Assembly (NCBI GenBank): GCA_900315395.1
Contig: OMZC01000107.1
Coordinates: 573 to 64,572 of the forward strand
Origin: an uncultured Gammaproteobacteria bacterium
Lineage (GTDB): Bacteria; Pseudomonadota; Gammaproteobacteria; Enterobacterales; Succinivibrionaceae
Length of the DNA: 64,000 nt
Direction: 5' to 3'
Position 1 is the first letter of the stretch. The number at the start of each line of letters is the position of its first letter. Shown piece after piece: positions 60,499 to 64,000 of this stretch. The notes beneath the pieces are model-generated. The model saw only the letters and a program-made list of their open reading frames with translations, ran no database searches and had not been told where the DNA came from. Both the position numbers and the translations under genes were made by a program.

Positions 60499-62877
60499 CT
60501 ATGAACGAAGTACTGCGCCGAACTTGTTCTTTGCTTCTTCAACAATCTTTGAAGATAACTCATCAATCTGAGCATCCTCTAAGGTGTGTTCAACATCCTG
60601 AGCAATTACACCTAAAGCTACAGAACGCTTATCACCTAAAGACTCATCCTCGAATACGTCGAAGATCTTAACATCCTGAACAATTGCACCACCTACAGAC
60701 TTGATTAGAGCTGTTAATGAAGCAACTGGTACAGACTTGTCAATTACAAAAGCAAAGTCACGACGAACTGATGGGAACTTAGAAATTGGGTGGTATACAG
60801 GAACCACTCTCTTCTCAACAGCAGAACGTAATAACTCAAAGACACCAACGTGCTGCTTGAAGCCTAATGCTTTAGCAGTTAATGGGTGAAGCATACCAAC
60901 GAAGCCTACCTTTACGCCGTTCTTAAAGATGTCAGCACTCTGACCTGGGTGTAAGAACTTCTCATTTGAACGAGCAAAGGTGTATGCGTCAGCATCAGCA
61001 GTTACTGCTAATAAAGCTTCAACGTCGCCCTTTACATCAAAGAAGTCTACAGCTCTGCTCTTTTGTGTCCATGACTCGTCATCAATGTCACCTACAGAGA
61101 TACCTGCAATCATAGCTTCCTGACGAACACAGTTTTCTGCATCTTTATCGATGATGTAACGTAAGCCCTGCTCAAATAAGCGAACTTTACGTTGCTGACG
61201 GTTTGCATTGTACTTAGCTACAATTGAAAGACCAGCTAATAAGCTTGTACGCATTGCTGATAGCTCTGGTGAAATAGGAGTTGTCAGCATTAAAGGTTTG
61301 ATATCAGAGAACTCTGATAATACTTTAGGATCGGTAAATGAGTATGTAATAGCCTCATTGTAACCTACATCAACTAAAGCCTTCTTAATCTGTCTGTCTA
61401 ATACAACTTCTTCTTTTTCATGAACCATGTAAAGCTCACTTACAGGAGTTGCATTAGGAATGTTGTCATAACCGTAGATACGAGCAACTTCTTCGATTAA
61501 ATCCTCTTCAATAGCAATATCAAATCTGAAGCTTGGGCTTACAGCGGTGAAACCACCGTCAACCTTAACAGGATTTAACTCAAGATTCTTTAAGATGGTA
61601 TATACGGTGTTCTCATCAATGGTCTCACCTAATACCTTGTATAGCTTTGATAAGCGCAGAGTAATTGGCTTGTGTACTGGGATCTTATCTTGTGCTACAA
61701 CTTCGTTTACAGGACCTGCTTTACCGCCTGCAATCTCAATTAACAACTGAGTTGCTCTTTCCATAGCACGTAGCTGATTGTCATGATCAACACCGCGCTC
61801 GAAACGGTGAGAAGCATCAGTATCTAAACCGTACTGACGAGCTCTACCCTTGATTGCATCAGGTGAGAAGAATGCTGACTCTAACAGAACGTCAGTAGTG
61901 TTCTCATCAATACCTGAGTTTAAGCCACCAAAGATACCAGCTAAAGCTACAGGACCTTTGTTATCAGCGATAATTAAGGTGTTGTCCTTTAACTTAATTT
62001 CTTCACCTGAAAGAACAGTGATTGGCTCGTCCTTGTGAGCTTTACGTACAACAATCTTGTCATTTAATTTGTTTAAATCAAATGAGTGTAATGGCTGGCT
62101 GTACTCAAGCATTACGTAATTGGTTACGTCAACGATTGGAGATACAGAACGGATACCACAACGACGTAATTTCTCAACCATCCATAGTGGTGATTTAGCT
62201 TTCTGATTTACGCCACGAATTACTCTGTCGATGTAACGTGGGCAAGCCTCTTTATCTTCAACTTCAACTGGGAAGACATCCTGAATTTCAGGAGCTACGC
62301 TCTTAACCTCAGGGTACTTAAACTCTTTACCTAAAAGCACAGCAACTTCACGAGCAATACCGCAGATACCTAAGCAGTCTGGACGGTTTGAAGTTAAATC
62401 AACATCGATTACGTTGTCGTTTAACTTGAAGTACTCTCGAATATCCATGCCTAAAGGAGCATCTTCAGGTAACTCTACGATACCGTCAGACTCTTCTGCC
62501 ATACCTAATTCTTTGTATGAGCAGAGCATACCGTTTGACTCAACACCACGAAGTTTTGCTTTCTTAATAGTGATGCCATTTACATGAGCACCAATTAAAG
62601 AGCAACATACTTTTAAACCTTCACGGCAGTTGTGAGCGCCACATACGATCTGGAAAATCTGACCATTACCAACGTCAACTTTAGTTACGTGCATGTGGTC
62701 TGAATCAGGATGTGGAACACATTCTAAAACTTTGCCTACTACAACTTTATCGAAGTTGTCAGCAACAGGGCTTATAGAATCAACCTCTAAACCTGCCATG
62801 GTGATCATGTCAGATAACTGTTCTGCACTTAGGTTGTTCTCAACCCACTCATCAATCCATTGTTTATTGAAAATCAT
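60499..62877 (-). CDS. pheT: Phenylalanine--tRNA ligase beta subunit
   Basis: 792 aa, with an N-terminal tRNA-binding domain followed by B3/4, B5 and FDX-ACB domains. Confidence 0.95.
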   Translation of the reverse strand: MIFNKQWIDEWVENNLSAEQLSDMITMAGLEVDSISPVADNFDKVVVGKVLECVPHPDSDHMHVTKVDVGNGQIFQIVCGAHNCREGLKVCCSLIGAHVNGITIKKAKLRGVESNGMLCSYKELGMAEESDGIVELPEDAPLGMDIREYFKLNDNVIDVDLTSNRPDCLGICGIAREVAVLLGKEFKYPEVKSVAPEIQDVFPVEVEDKEACPRYIDRVIRGVNQKAKSPLWMVEKLRRCGIRSVSPIVDVTNYVMLEYSQPLHSFDLNKLNDKIVVRKAHKDEPITVLSGEEIKLKDNTLIIADNKGPVALAGIFGGLNSGIDENTTDVLLESAFFSPDAIKGRARQYGLDTDASHRFERGVDHDNQLRAMERATQLLIEIAGGKAGPVNEVVAQDKIPVHKPITLRLSKLYKVLGETIDENTVYTILKNLELNPVKVDGGFTAVSPSFRFDIAIEEDLIEEVARIYGYDNIPNATPVSELYMVHEKEEVVLDRQIKKALVDVGYNEAITYSFTDPKVLSEFSDIKPLMLTTPISPELSAMRTSLLAGLSIVAKYNANRQQRKVRLFEQGLRYIIDKDAENCVRQEAMIAGISVGDIDDESWTQKSRAVDFFDVKGDVEALLAVTADADAYTFARSNEKFLHPGQSADIFKNGVKVGFVGMLHPLTAKALGFKQHVGVFELLRSAVEKRVVPVYHPISKFPSVRRDFAFVIDKSVPVASLTALIKSVGGAIVQDVKIFDVFEDESLGDKRSVALGVIAQDVEHTLEDAQIDELSSKIVEEAKNKFGAVLRS

Positions 62878-62910
62878 TTTTCTTTATCCAACTTGTATTA
62901 GGCTAATGTA

Positions 62911-63894
62911 CTAGGCAAACTGCTTTAAGAAACGCAGATCATTTTCAAAGAATGCGCGTAAGTCATTTACGCCATAACGAAGCATAGTCAAACGCTCTAC
63001 ACCCATACCAAAAGCATAACCAACATACTTATCTGTATCGATACCTACATTGCGAAGTACATTTGGATGAACCATACCGCAACCTAAAACTTCAAGCCAC
63101 TTGCCACCTTTTCTGCGCAGATCAACTTCTGCTGAAGGTTCTGTGAATGGGAAGAATGAAGGACGGAAACGAACCTCTAGCTCTTCTTCGAAGAACTTTA
63201 ATAAGAACTCGTTTAAAACACCTTTTAACTCAGCAAATGAAGTGTGCTCTTCAACTAACAGACCTTCAACCTGGTGGAACATTGGGGTGTGAGTCATATC
63301 GTAGTCGTTACGATATACACGACCAGGAGCAATAATTCTGATAGGTGGTTTCTGAGTCTCCATGGTTCTTACCTGAACTGATGAAGTCTGAGAACGTAAT
63401 AGAAGACCGTTTTCTACAGAGAAAGTATCCTGTGAAGAACGTGCTGGATGATTTGGTGGAAGATTTAAAGCATCAAAGTTGTGGTAGTCATCTTCAATCT
63501 CAGGACCACCTACAACAGAGAAGCCCATTGAACCGAAGATCTCTTTAATTCTTTCAATAGTACGGCTAATTGGGTGCTCATTGCCAAGCTCTCTCTTGCG
63601 ACCTGGAAGAGAAATATCTACAGTCTCTTTAGATAGTTTTTCTTCTAAAGCAGCTTTTTCAATCTGAGCTCTACGAGCTTCAACAGCCTCTACAACAGCC
63701 TGTTTTGCTTCATTGATAACAGCACCACGCTGAGGACGCTCTTCAGCTGACAGCTTGCCAAGCTCTCTCATAAAGGCAGCAAATTCGCCTTTTTTACCTA
63801 AAAAATTAACACGAACAGCATCTAACTCTTGAAGATCTTTTGCGTTATTTGCTGCTGCAACGCCATTTAACTTGGCTTCTTCTAACTTGTCCAT
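62911..63894 (-). CDS. pheS: Phenylalanine--tRNA ligase alpha subunit
   Basis: Class II aaRS motifs ([19 protein letters not shown]), 327 aa. Confidence 0.95.
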   Translation of the reverse strand: MDKLEEAKLNGVAAANNAKDLQELDAVRVNFLGKKGEFAAFMRELGKLSAEERPQRGAVINEAKQAVVEAVEARRAQIEKAALEEKLSKETVDISLPGRKRELGNEHPISRTIERIKEIFGSMGFSVVGGPEIEDDYHNFDALNLPPNHPARSSQDTFSVENGLLLRSQTSSVQVRTMETQKPPIRIIAPGRVYRNDYDMTHTPMFHQVEGLLVEEHTSFAELKGVLNEFLLKFFEEELEVRFRPSFFPFTEPSAEVDLRRKGGKWLEVLGCGMVHPNVLRNVGIDTDKYVGYAFGMGVERLTMLRYGVNDLRAFFENDLRFLKQFA

Positions 63895-64000
63895 CGATAT
63901 ATACCAGTATCTAAAAGGACTTGATGTCCAAAAATTACAATTATAGATAACCCACTATTATCGCATTTTTAACGCTGAATAGGAAATTAAAATCATCTGC

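Noticed and set aside
63895-64000. Possible pheST attenuator hairpin (GGAC-ATCAA-GTCC plus Ts on the minus strand)
   Set aside because: The stem is only 4 bp. Any pheM-like leader peptide would lie beyond the window edge, so this cannot be supported from this sequence.

Overview
This is a 64-kb chromosomal window from an AT-rich gammaproteobacterium (roughly 38% GC by eye). The species cannot be assigned without a database search. Most of the window is core housekeeping sequence in classical gammaproteobacterial synteny. On the minus strand the order is rpsB-tsf-pyrH-frr-uppS-cdsA-dxr-rseP-bamA-skp-lpxD-fabZ-lpxA-lpxB-rnhB-accA-tilS. Divergent from rpsB on the plus strand is map-glnD-dapD. 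Other blocks are rpsT divergent from ribF-ileS-lspA-ispH, then mltG-tmk-holB-lptF, nqrABCDEF, pheST-xseB-ispA-dxs-yajQ-ampG, valS, metY and one tRNA-Leu(CAA). Many genes use TTG or GTG starts (lptF, tilS, lpxA, ispA, metY, nqrB, nqrC, dxs, rpsT). Several longest-ORF calls in the track have spurious N-terminal extensions, which I trimmed (valS, accA, rpsT, nqrA, map, lptG, xseB and the binding protein). Two ORF-poor islands are the interesting part. (1) Bases 500-1900 hold three tandem ~370-405-bp units. Each encodes a ~20-aa hydrophobic peptide on the minus strand, fully overlapped by a promoter-to-terminator antisense unit on the plus strand. This is an Ibs/Sib- or Ldr-like type I toxin-antitoxin array, and its third unit is interrupted by a 267-bp MITE-like element with a clean empty-site reconstruction. 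(2) Bases 22090-24500 carry four plus-strand promoters that match the sigma-E (RpoE) consensus GAACTT-N16-TCTAA exactly. Each drives a short terminator-ended RNA; three are paralogues with compensatory terminator changes and an anti-Shine-Dalgarno/anti-AUG stretch. These RNAs flank an orphan periplasmic binding-protein gene. Smaller oddities include an AraC-family gene that splits lptF from lptG, a degenerate GGDEF sensor protein, and long low-complexity C-terminal tails on MltG, LpxB and XseB. There is also a 659-aa Cys-rich secreted protein with a poly-acidic tail. No CRISPR array, rRNA, prophage, transposase or recognisable defence gene was seen.
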